Below are positions 37,733-46,988 of a stretch of 64,000 nt of DNA, piece by piece (position 1 is the stretch's first letter; each line of letters begins with the position of its first letter). The notes under the pieces are model-generated. The model had not been told where the DNA came from and searched no databases. It saw only the letters and a list, made by a program, of their open reading frames with translations. Source of the stretch: Bacteroides sp. (GTDB lineage: Bacteria > Bacteroidota > Bacteroidia > Bacteroidales > SM23-62); NCBI GenBank assembly GCA_011053095.1, contig DRHS01000137.1:1120-65119 (forward strand), in the 5' to 3' direction. The translations under genes and the position numbers were made by a program.

Positions 37733-38905
37733 ATGCGCAGGCCTTTCATATACATTGTTCTTCTTGTCCTTTTTGTTCATGGAATTTCTGCACAGGACGA
37801 TGTATCATCCTTCGAACTTAACGGGTACCTCACAAATATGCAATCCGTTATGTATTCTAACCCCAGCGAGGACTGGATTATTGATAATCTATTTCACAAC
37901 CGTCTGAATTTTTTCTATTACGGAGGAGAACATTTTACCGGCTCCCTAAAGCTCAGAAACAGGCTTATATACGGAGAAACCATTAAGCTTGTCCCCGGAT
38001 ATGCCGATGCCATTGAGGAGGATATGGGATGGATGGATCTTTCCTACAATTTGTTGAGCGGTAATTCCTATGTGCTTAATACAATGATCGACCGAGTATG
38101 GCTGCAATATTCAACAGATGGATTTGTGGCCACGGCCGGGAGGCAGAGGATTAACTGGGGACAAACATTTGTCTGGAATGTCAACGATATTTTTAACGCC
38201 TACTCCTATTTCGATTTTGACTACGAAGAGCGTCCCGGTTCCGATGCAATAAGACTGCAACTTTATCCGAATTATACCTCAACCATTGAGCTGGCTGCAA
38301 AACTTGACAGCGCAAATAAACTTACAGCTGCTGCCCTTTACCGGTTTAATGTGTTCAGCTACGACATACAGTTCCTGGCAGGTGTGTTGCAGGAAGAGGA
38401 TTATGTAGGGGGACTCGGATGGTCCGGAAACCTAGGGGGAGCAGGATTCAGAGGAGAGGCCAGTTATTTTCATCCCATGAAAAATCCCGGCGATACCTCC
38501 GGTATGTTTATGTTTTCGGCAGGTATCGATTATATATTCCCAAATACTCTCATGTTGCAGGGGGAGTACCTGTATTCAAGCAATCCGTTTTCCTCGGCTT
38601 TCGGTTTTATAGATTTTTATTCCGGTCCACTTACCGTTAAACAACTTGCCTTTACAAAGCATACCATATTTGCCTCCGTTTCTTATCAGGTCACTCCACT
38701 TTTCACTGCCAGTCTCGGGGGAATGTACTTTCCGGATATGAAAGGATATTTTATCGGTCCAAGCCTTACCTATAATGTCCTGAACAATGTTGACCTGTCA
38801 TTTTTTATGCAGTACTTTAATGCTGAAAACGAAGATCCACTTACCGGGCAGATTACCAGGCAACAGATAAGCCTTTTGTTCCTTCGCCTCAAATGGAGTT
38901 TCTAG
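37733..38905 (+). CDS. Putative outer-membrane beta-barrel protein
   Basis: Signal peptide (ISA|Q), IDR..AGRQRINWG, DYEERPGSDA, C-terminal LKWSF. Confidence 0.7.
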   Translation: MRRPFIYIVLLVLFVHGISAQDDVSSFELNGYLTNMQSVMYSNPSEDWIIDNLFHNRLNFFYYGGEHFTGSLKLRNRLIYGETIKLVPGYADAIEEDMGWMDLSYNLLSGNSYVLNTMIDRVWLQYSTDGFVATAGRQRINWGQTFVWNVNDIFNAYSYFDFDYEERPGSDAIRLQLYPNYTSTIELAAKLDSANKLTAAALYRFNVFSYDIQFLAGVLQEEDYVGGLGWSGNLGGAGFRGEASYFHPMKNPGDTSGMFMFSAGIDYIFPNTLMLQGEYLYSSNPFSSAFGFIDFYSGPLTVKQLAFTKHTIFASVSYQVTPLFTASLGGMYFPDMKGYFIGPSLTYNVLNNVDLSFFMQYFNAENEDPLTGQITRQQISLLFLRLKWSF

Positions 38906-39016
38906 GTCTACCAGTGACCCTTTCGCTCACCCAGCAACCCACACAACCGTTAAAATTGGATTTGATTCCCCGATTTTTAATCTTTGCTATTCATGAAATT
39001 CATTAATCCAAACAAT

Positions 39017-39448
39017 ATGAAAAACACTCTTGTCTTCTTAATTGCGCTTTTTCTTGTGGGACTAAATTCTTTACCTTTATCCGGATCAGAACCCACTTCT
39101 ATGAAAGAAACAGATAATCAATTGCTAATAGTCTGGACCAGCGGCGATCCGGAACTTGCACATAAAATGGTTTTTATGTATGCCCATAATGCTCAGAAAA
39201 ACGGGTGGTGGGACCAGGTTACAATGCTTGTTTGGGGACCTTCGGAAAAACTAAGCAGTGAAGATGCTAAAATTCAGGAATCGCTTCAAAAGATGCAAGA
39301 AGATGGCGTTGAGCTACTCGCATGCAAAGCATGTGCTGATCAATATGGCGTTTGTAGCAAACTGGAGGATATTGGAATTACAGTTAAATATACCGGTACC
39401 TTCCTGACGGATTATATTAAATCCGGTAAAAAGATAATTACATTCTGA
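39017..39448 (+). CDS. DsrE/DsrF-like protein with N-terminal signal peptide
   Basis: IVWTSGD, WWDQV..VWGPS, ACKACAD motifs. Confidence 0.8.
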   Translation: MKNTLVFLIALFLVGLNSLPLSGSEPTSMKETDNQLLIVWTSGDPELAHKMVFMYAHNAQKNGWWDQVTMLVWGPSEKLSSEDAKIQESLQKMQEDGVELLACKACADQYGVCSKLEDIGITVKYTGTFLTDYIKSGKKIITF

Positions 39449-39459
39449 GCAGGACCATC

Positions 39460-40149
39460 CCTGCCTTTCGGTCAGCAAAACCAGGCTATTTGTAACTATT
39501 ATTTTCGGTTTGTTAATTCAGAGCCCTTTCGCTTTCAGGAATGGTGAACGGATGTTTGCATGCGCTGCAGCTGTTCCCGCAGTAGGTCCCGCAATGAAAG
39601 ATAATTTCCCTGAAGTCCTTGAGTTTTCCTGGGCTTTCCCAATTGACGGTTTAGTGGCAACCGAGGATAACATTTCTGTTCGCGAACAGAAAATGCAGAT
39701 TGTTACTCCTTCATTTTTAAAAATGTTCGATCGGGAAGAAAATTACATTCTGGGGGGATATTTCCTGTGAGATAAGAGGAGTGATCAGAGATGTCCCGGC
39801 AAATTCCCATATAAAGTTCACCGTACTGGTCTCTGCAGAAACTCTGCACAGTGAAACCTACAACCAGAGCCGGACAGCCTTACATCATCCTCGAACGTAC
39901 CCGGTGATGAAATTTTCTGGGCCAGTGGGATCAGCCGTACAGATGAAGATCAGGGTCGGGGTGTTATATAAAAATTGGAATTTCGATAACCGGCAGTACA
40001 GGATAGAAAAGCAGATTTTTGGCGCTATAGGAAAATTTTCGCTGGTTGCAATTATCATTGCTGCACTGGGACTGTTTGCTGTGATTGCAGTGGCCATACA
40101 GACTGTACGTGCAGCCAATACCAACCCACAATCCCTGAAATACGAGTAG
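39460..40149 (+). pseudogene. Heavily deleted, frameshifted remnant of a MacB/FtsX-type ABC permease
   Basis: Ordered fragments PAVGPAMKDNFPEV, TPSFLKMF, (frameshift) IGKKITF..GVIRDVPANSHIKF, QY..EK, FSLVAIIIAALGLF, AANTNPQSLKYE in only about 230 codons. Confidence 0.72.
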
Positions 40150-40187
40150 GCTTTTTTTGCTATCTTTACCATTCTTTTATCCTGATT

Positions 40188-41765
40188 ATGAAAGGATTGT
40201 TATATGTACTCCCCTACCTGATTTTCTTGTCTCAATCTGCCCTTACCCAGGTGAGTGATCCTGTTAACTCCTGGATTAAGGAAGGAGATGAGGAAAAAAT
40301 CGAAAGTTATCTTCTGGACCATGATATTAATGAAAGGCATGGACAATCAGGGATGACATTGCTTGTTAATTCAATCCTTCATGGCCCTGCACCCGTCACT
40401 AAATTGTTTGTCCAGAACGGAAGTGATGTCAGCATGTTTGTAGGCGGAATTAGTCCCCTGATGCATGCAGCAGCAAGTTCGGATGTGGCAAAGGTTTCTC
40501 TGGTTCTGGATGCCGGTGCGGATAAGGAAGCTGAGGATCACGAAGGAAATACCGCTTTGTATTATGCAGCATCCAGTGGCAATCTTAAAATAACCCGCTT
40601 CCTGGTCAGGAATGGTGCGAACCTTCATCATAAAAACAATACACAGCAAACCCCCTACGATATGGCTGTGCAAACCAGAAAACAGGAAGTTGCAAAATTC
40701 CTGCGTGAAGAAGCACAGTCGAATCTGCCGGAATTGCTTGACGGTCCATATATTAAGTGGGTGGGTAAGAAGAAAATCAAGGCTTTTTACATGGTTCACG
40801 ATTCCAATTCAGGGATCACGCGACGTTCAAAAAGTAATTTTAAAGCAGACTCTGACCCCTATTTAATACAGGGGTTCGCCACTGACAGCATGGATTATAT
40901 TGTATATTCCCAAAAGGGAATTTCTCCCGACCTTACAGATGAAGCTGAACTTGTTATGGTAATCGGAGACATCCATGGAGGATATGACAGCCTTGTCGTA
41001 TTCCTTCAAAATAACCATGTAATTGACAGGAGTATGAACTGGATATGGGGGAACGGTCACCTGGTATTTGTGGGTGATATTTTCGACCGCGGAGATAAGG
41101 TGACCGAGGCCCTGTGGCTGATCTATCGGATTGAAAGCCAGGCGTCAGAAGAAGGGGGAGCTGTGCATCTAATTCTTGGAAATCATGAATTAATGGTACT
41201 TGAAGGGGACCTGAATTATGTGGCAGACAAGTACCTGTTAATGTCAGAAAGACTGAACCTTAATTATTCCCTTTTCTTTGGAAAGAAAACAGTGCTGGGA
41301 CAATGGTTGCGAATCAAAAACACAATTATCCGGATCAATGGGTACATGTTTGTTCATGCCGGACTTTCAACGGACATTCTTGAAACAGGGCTAACTATGC
41401 ATGAGATAAATGATCATATTCGTTATTTCATAAATCACCCGGATCGGAAGGATTATGAGGGTGTCAACAGAAATACCCTCCTTGGTCCAAATGGACCTTT
41501 CTGGTACAGAGGGTATCTGAAAAATAATCGCCAATACGAGCACATGGCCGAAGACGATCTTGAAAAAGTTCTGGAATATTTTGATGCGGATCGTATTTTT
41601 ATCGGTCATACAAATGTGGAAGAAATAACTCCCCTGTACAACAACCGCGTATTTGCTATCGACGTTCCTTTCTATTCCCATAAACACTCAATGTATGGAC
41701 TGCTGCTTGACGCGGGTGATGTGTTCCTTTTAAATACCTCTGCAGAGAAAAAGCAAATCAATTAA
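40188..41765 (+). CDS. Secreted ankyrin-repeat + Shewanella-like (Shelph) PPP metallophosphoesterase
   Basis: Signal peptide (ALT|Q); Ank repeats (GMTLL, GISPLMHAA, GNTALYYAA, QTPYDMA); GDIHG, GDIFDRG, GNHE, HAG, GPFWYRG, GHT, AIDV. Confidence 0.88.
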   Translation: MKGLLYVLPYLIFLSQSALTQVSDPVNSWIKEGDEEKIESYLLDHDINERHGQSGMTLLVNSILHGPAPVTKLFVQNGSDVSMFVGGISPLMHAAASSDVAKVSLVLDAGADKEAEDHEGNTALYYAASSGNLKITRFLVRNGANLHHKNNTQQTPYDMAVQTRKQEVAKFLREEAQSNLPELLDGPYIKWVGKKKIKAFYMVHDSNSGITRRSKSNFKADSDPYLIQGFATDSMDYIVYSQKGISPDLTDEAELVMVIGDIHGGYDSLVVFLQNNHVIDRSMNWIWGNGHLVFVGDIFDRGDKVTEALWLIYRIESQASEEGGAVHLILGNHELMVLEGDLNYVADKYLLMSERLNLNYSLFFGKKTVLGQWLRIKNTIIRINGYMFVHAGLSTDILETGLTMHEINDHIRYFINHPDRKDYEGVNRNTLLGPNGPFWYRGYLKNNRQYEHMAEDDLEKVLEYFDADRIFIGHTNVEEITPLYNNRVFAIDVPFYSHKHSMYGLLLDAGDVFLLNTSAEKKQIN

Positions 41766-41843
41766 ATTTTATTACATTGGTACTTCAATCCCGGCACTGC
41801 CAACTCGTGGATCTCTTCTTCTTATCTTGATTATCTTCAAAAT

Positions 41844-42911
41844 ATGGGGATTATGAAACAAATTCAACCTAATAAAATAATTGTTTTCTTCCTTGTCATT
41901 CTTTTTCCTTCAATGGGTATTATTCCGGCTCAACAAGAGCACGGAGAACCAAGCCTTTTATTCCGGTCAGATGAAACAATTGAGCTGACTCTGACAATGG
42001 GTATCAGGACTGTTCTCCGGGATGTTGGCGACGACAGGGAGCAGCATCCGGCCCGAATCTCATATTTATCTTCGAATGGTGAGATAGTGGAATTGCCCCT
42101 CAAGATAAGGACCCGGGGACATTTCAGAAGAGATCCGATGAATTGCGATTTCCCTCCTCTCAGATTAAATTTTGCTTCAAAAACATCCGGTAATACGATT
42201 TTTGAGGGACAGGACAAGTTAAAGCTTGTAACTCATTGCAGAACAAGGGGTAGTAAATACGAACAAAATGTCCTGAAAGAATACCTGGTCTATCGTTTGT
42301 ACAACCTGTTCACGGATGAGAGTTACCGGGTCCGGCTCGTAGAACTTACCTATGTTGACTCTCTCGGAAAAGTTGATACCCTTAATAGAATGGGATTTTT
42401 CATTGAGCCTAGCCAGCAGATGGCAGAGCGTAACAATTGCGAGGGGGTTCTGATAAAAAATGTACAGCAGGATCAATGCGAGCGCTATAAAACCAATGTA
42501 ATGTCAGTGTTTCAATACATGGTAGGAAATACTGACTGGTCTATTCCGGCCGCACATAATATTGTCCTGATTAGAGAGGAGATTACAGATCCCCCGATAA
42601 CAGTACCCTTTGATTTCGATTGGTGTGGACTGGTAAACTCTTCCTATGCACTGCCTAATCCGGTGCTTGGAATTGACAATGTCAGGACTCGGCTGTTCCG
42701 GGGGTTTTGCAGATCTGAAAATGAATTCGAACTGGCCTTCCAGGAATTCAGGGACAGAGAGGAAGATATATTTAAAACAATAGATTCTGTTCCGGGTTTA
42801 TCGGATCGCGAACGCCAGAATGTGGTTAAATACATGGAGCAATTCTTTAAGGTCATAAACAAACCCAAACTGTCCCGTAATGAATTTCTAAATAACTGCA
42901 GATCGGAATGA
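41844..42911 (+). CDS. Secreted protein, probable CotH/Fam20-like atypical kinase fold
   Basis: Signal peptide (IPA|Q); RTRGHFRR, LKLVTHC, EYLVYRLY, GFFIE, GNTDWS..HN, PFDFD motifs in CotH-like order. Confidence 0.6.
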   Translation: MGIMKQIQPNKIIVFFLVILFPSMGIIPAQQEHGEPSLLFRSDETIELTLTMGIRTVLRDVGDDREQHPARISYLSSNGEIVELPLKIRTRGHFRRDPMNCDFPPLRLNFASKTSGNTIFEGQDKLKLVTHCRTRGSKYEQNVLKEYLVYRLYNLFTDESYRVRLVELTYVDSLGKVDTLNRMGFFIEPSQQMAERNNCEGVLIKNVQQDQCERYKTNVMSVFQYMVGNTDWSIPAAHNIVLIREEITDPPITVPFDFDWCGLVNSSYALPNPVLGIDNVRTRLFRGFCRSENEFELAFQEFRDREEDIFKTIDSVPGLSDRERQNVVKYMEQFFKVINKPKLSRNEFLNNCRSE

Positions 42912-42984
42912 TTTCCGGGAAAACCGGGTGTGTATTTTCTTCAAATTATTATAAATTTGATTCATAATCATAATGTATTAAGTC

Positions 42985-44316
42985 ATGCGCATAAAAACCT
43001 TTCGTATTTGTATTCTGTTTCTGTGGATCTTCAGCCTTTCATTATTCGGACAACAGAATAAAATTGAGTTTCAGGAATTCGATCTGGAAAACGGCCTTCA
43101 TGTGATCCTTCATGAGGATAACAGTTCTCCCATCGTAGCCATAAATATCACATATCATGTAGGATCAAAAAATGAGCAGCCGAACAGAACAGGCTTTGCC
43201 CATTTTTTTGAACATCTCATGTTTGAAGGATCCGAATATGTTGAACGGGGTGAATTTCATGATTATATTCAAAACGCCGGCGGGGTGAACAATGCCGAAA
43301 CATCGTTTGATTATACAATGTATTACGAGATCCTGCCTTCCAACCAGTTGGAACTTGGGTTGTGGCTTGAATCTGAGCGGCTTATGCATCTTCGAATCGA
43401 TAGTGCCGGAGTTGAAACCCAGCGAAATGTTGTAAAAGAAGAGCGTCGTCAAACATTCGATAACCAGCCCTACGGATCAATTCTTGAAGAAGTTTTCTCC
43501 AACTCATTCACCCACCATCCTTACCGCTGGGTACCCATAGGGAATATTCAATATATCGACCAGGCAAAGCTTGAAGAATTTATTGAATTCCATGAACATT
43601 TTTATGTGCCGGAAAATGCTGTGCTGGTCATCGCAGGAGATTTCGAATATTCACATGCCAGGAAATTGGTTGAAGCATACTTTGGGGATATCCCTAATGG
43701 CGGACATGAGATTTATCGCCCGGATGTAACTGAAGCTGTGCCTTCAGAGGAAATCAGGAAAAACGTCTATGACAATATTCAATTGCCAGCGGTATTCACG
43801 GCCTACCGTATGCCAGGAATGGGAGATCCTGACACCTATGCGCTGGAAATGCTACAAACCTTGCTTGCTGGGGGACAAAGTTCACGGATTTATAAATCTG
43901 TTGTTGACAACCAGCAACTTGCCGTCGAAGCAGGTGCTATTCCTTTCGATCTTGAAGATGCTGGTCTTTTTATTGTATATGGATTTGCCAATATGGGAGT
44001 TCCTCTGGAAGATATTGAGGCAGCTCTTGATGAAGAAATCCTGAAGGTCGTTGAAAAGGGACTTACCGAAAGGGAGTTTCAAAAGCTTGCCAACCAGACT
44101 GAAAATGATTTCATCAGCCAGAATACAACCATGTCAGGTATTTCAACAAATCTTGCGGACTATTATACGTTCTTCGGGGATCCGGAACTTATAAACACTG
44201 AAATTGAAAAGTACCTCGCTGTAACACCGGAAGATATAGTGGCTGTTGCAAAAAAATACCTTGTGCCTGAAAATCGCGTGGTCCTGCATTACCTTCCAAA
44301 AGAACAGCAACAATAA
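42985..44316 (+). CDS. M16B zinc peptidase, catalytic subunit
   Basis: HVGSKNE, GFAHFFEHLMF inverted zinc motif, EERRQ; signal peptide. Confidence 0.92.
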   Translation: MRIKTFRICILFLWIFSLSLFGQQNKIEFQEFDLENGLHVILHEDNSSPIVAINITYHVGSKNEQPNRTGFAHFFEHLMFEGSEYVERGEFHDYIQNAGGVNNAETSFDYTMYYEILPSNQLELGLWLESERLMHLRIDSAGVETQRNVVKEERRQTFDNQPYGSILEEVFSNSFTHHPYRWVPIGNIQYIDQAKLEEFIEFHEHFYVPENAVLVIAGDFEYSHARKLVEAYFGDIPNGGHEIYRPDVTEAVPSEEIRKNVYDNIQLPAVFTAYRMPGMGDPDTYALEMLQTLLAGGQSSRIYKSVVDNQQLAVEAGAIPFDLEDAGLFIVYGFANMGVPLEDIEAALDEEILKVVEKGLTEREFQKLANQTENDFISQNTTMSGISTNLADYYTFFGDPELINTEIEKYLAVTPEDIVAVAKKYLVPENRVVLHYLPKEQQQ

Positions 44317-44328
44317 AATCCGACACAC

Positions 44329-46407
44329 ATGAAATACAGACAGATCCTTTTATTCGTTTTCGCATTTATACCAATAATTCTTTCAGCCCAGATTGATCGG
44401 AGCAAAGCACCTGAAGCGGGACCTGCACCGGATATAAAGGTCGGAGAGTACAATTCTTTCGAATTAAAAAATGGCCTGAAAGTTTTTGTTGTCGAGAATC
44501 ACAAAATTCCACGTGTTTCCTATTCTCTTATATTGAATATTGATCCTTTCACCGAGGGAGACAGTAATGGCTATTCGGCAATTACGGGTGATCTGCTTGG
44601 AACTGCAACCACAACGCGGACCAAGGATCAGATCGACGAGGAAGTTGATTTTATCGGTGCCTCTCTCAGCAGTTCGTCCGGCTCTGTTTATGGAGCGTCA
44701 CTGAAAAAACATAACGATAAGCTTCTTGAACTCATGTCGGATGTACTTCTAAATCCGATATTCAACCAGGATGAACTTGACAAGATAAAGAAACAGACCA
44801 TCTCCAACCTTGCCGCCAGCAAAACGGATCCTTCCTCCATCTCAGCGGTTGTAAAGGACGCGCTTATGTATGGGAAAGATCATCCATATGGTGAAGTAGT
44901 AACAGAGGCCACGGTAGAATCTATAACTCTTGAAATGTGTGAGCAATATTACAGCACCTATTTCAAGCCAAACATAGCATACCTGGCCATCGTGGGGGAT
45001 GTCAACCTTAAAGAGGCCAAAAAACTTACCAAAAAATACTTTGGGAAATGGGTCGCAGGAGTTGTTCCTTCTCACACCTATCCGGTGCCGGTTGTTCCGG
45101 AATCTGTTCATGTATCTGTTGTGGACAGGCCCCATGCCGTCCAAAGTGTGATAAAAGTGGCCCACCCGGTAACCTTTACTGTCGGAATGGAGGATTATGT
45201 TCATGGAAGGGTTATGAATCTCATGCTTGGAGGCAGCGTAGCCCGTCTGGACCAGAACCTCAGGGAAACGCACGCCTATACCTACGGAGTAAATTCTTCC
45301 CTTAGCCAGGATAAATGGATTGGCAATTTCTCAGTTACTACGGATGTCAGAAATGAAGTGACGGATTCTGCTGTTTACCAGATTCTTTACGAGCTCAACA
45401 GGATTCGGACTGAAACTGCTTCCACAAAGGAGGTGGAAAAAATAAAGAATTACATGTCCGGCAACTTTGCCCTTGCCCTGGAACAGCCAGGTACGGTAGC
45501 TCGCTTTGCATTAAACATTGCTCTTTACAATTTGCCGGAGGATTATTATGCCAATTACCTGAAGCGAATATCCGAGGTAACCCCGGAAAGCATTCAGTCG
45601 GCCGCACAGAAATATATAAAGCCTGAAAATTGTCATATTGTAGTTGTGGGAAAAGCCGATGAGTTTGCCGATAAGCTTGCTGCTTTCAGTCCCACGAGCA
45701 CCATCGACTATTACGATGCTGAAGGTACCTGGATAGATCCTGCAGAAATGAAGGCGGAATTGCCTGCAGGACTCACTGCCGAAAAAGTGGTGGAAAAATA
45801 TCTTGCTGCCATCGGGGGAAGATCAGTACTTGAGTCCATTAAGGATATTTCCATAAAAATGAAAATGGAGGTTCAGGGGATGAGTCTTGATTCTGAGGTA
45901 TTGAGAAAGGCCCCTGATAAGTTTTTAATGAGTATGAGTATGGACGGAAACATCATGCAGCTGACTAGTTTTGATGGTAGCATTGGAAAAACGACAGGAA
46001 TGCAGGGCGAGCAGGTAATGGAAGGTGATGACCTGGAAGCAATGAAGGTCCAGTCTGCATTCATGCCAGAACTTAACTACTCCGGATTGGGATATGCTAT
46101 TAAACTGCAGTCAATAGAAAAAAATGAGGGCTCTGATGCTTACAAAGTCGAAATAACAGACCCTCTGGGTGAAGTTAGTTTTGCATACTATGATATTGAA
46201 TCGGGTTACCTTGTCAGAGAGGAACAAACTCAGGAAACTCCAAATGGACCCTCGTTCCAATCTACAAACATGAGTGATTACAGGGAGGTTGGTGGAATAA
46301 TGTATCCCCATAAAATGGTAATTGGCATGGGTCCTCAAACCATTACCGGGATAACAACCAGCGTAGAATTTAATACTGGCATTGAAGATTCTGTTTTTCA
46401 AAAATAG
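44329..46407 (+). CDS. M16B non-catalytic subunit with C-terminal LolA-like domain
   Basis: LKNGLKV, no HxxEH, LRETHAYTYG; C-terminal ~220 aa beta-rich extension (KYLAAIGG...DYREVGG). Confidence 0.85.
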   Translation: MKYRQILLFVFAFIPIILSAQIDRSKAPEAGPAPDIKVGEYNSFELKNGLKVFVVENHKIPRVSYSLILNIDPFTEGDSNGYSAITGDLLGTATTTRTKDQIDEEVDFIGASLSSSSGSVYGASLKKHNDKLLELMSDVLLNPIFNQDELDKIKKQTISNLAASKTDPSSISAVVKDALMYGKDHPYGEVVTEATVESITLEMCEQYYSTYFKPNIAYLAIVGDVNLKEAKKLTKKYFGKWVAGVVPSHTYPVPVVPESVHVSVVDRPHAVQSVIKVAHPVTFTVGMEDYVHGRVMNLMLGGSVARLDQNLRETHAYTYGVNSSLSQDKWIGNFSVTTDVRNEVTDSAVYQILYELNRIRTETASTKEVEKIKNYMSGNFALALEQPGTVARFALNIALYNLPEDYYANYLKRISEVTPESIQSAAQKYIKPENCHIVVVGKADEFADKLAAFSPTSTIDYYDAEGTWIDPAEMKAELPAGLTAEKVVEKYLAAIGGRSVLESIKDISIKMKMEVQGMSLDSEVLRKAPDKFLMSMSMDGNIMQLTSFDGSIGKTTGMQGEQVMEGDDLEAMKVQSAFMPELNYSGLGYAIKLQSIEKNEGSDAYKVEITDPLGEVSFAYYDIESGYLVREEQTQETPNGPSFQSTNMSDYREVGGIMYPHKMVIGMGPQTITGITTSVEFNTGIEDSVFQK

Positions 46408-46409
46408 AA

Positions 46410-46862
46410 ATGAGGGCAGTAATTCAGCGTGTTCAAAAAGCTTCTGTATCTATTGAGGGAGAAGTAAAGTCCGCCATCGGGCCCGGCCTTCTTGTCCTTC
46501 TGGGGATCGAAGATTCTGATCTTCCGGAAGATGCTGAATGGCTCAGTGGTAAAATTGCCCGCCTGAGAGTTTTCCGTGATACCCATGGTACAATGAATCT
46601 ATCTCTTGAGGAATCCGGGGGGGAAATTCTCGTGATCAGCCAGTTTACACTTCATGCCAGTACTAAAAAGGGAAACAGGCCATCTTATATCCGTGCTGCC
46701 AGGCCTGAAACTGCCATTCCCTTATATGATAAGTTTATTGATCTCCTTGAATCTGAAACAGGTAAAAGGGTGTTGACAGGAGAATTTGGAGCTTATATGC
46801 AGGTTGAACTCATCAATGACGGACCCGTAACAATTATAGTCGACACCAAAAACCGGGAATAA
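46410..46862 (+). CDS. dtd: D-aminoacyl-tRNA deacylase
   Basis: MRAVIQRV, SQFTL, GEFGAYM, NDGPVT. Confidence 0.96.
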   Translation: MRAVIQRVQKASVSIEGEVKSAIGPGLLVLLGIEDSDLPEDAEWLSGKIARLRVFRDTHGTMNLSLEESGGEILVISQFTLHASTKKGNRPSYIRAARPETAIPLYDKFIDLLESETGKRVLTGEFGAYMQVELINDGPVTIIVDTKNRE

Positions 46863-46988
46863 TAGTTTGTTTCAGATCCCCTCATTCCCAGTATCCATAA
46901 CCCATTTCCAGGATCCGTCTGTCTGCTTCTTCCAGATACTAAGGTATTTCCAAAAGGTTTGTATTTTTATTCTTCAAATATAGATATC

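Noticed and set aside
39760-39781. TGA at 39768-39770 as possible selenocysteine readthrough (selU is in the window)
   Set aside because: Homology continues in a different frame (IGKKITFWGDISCEIRGVIRDVP), so this is a frameshifted pseudogene, not Sec recoding
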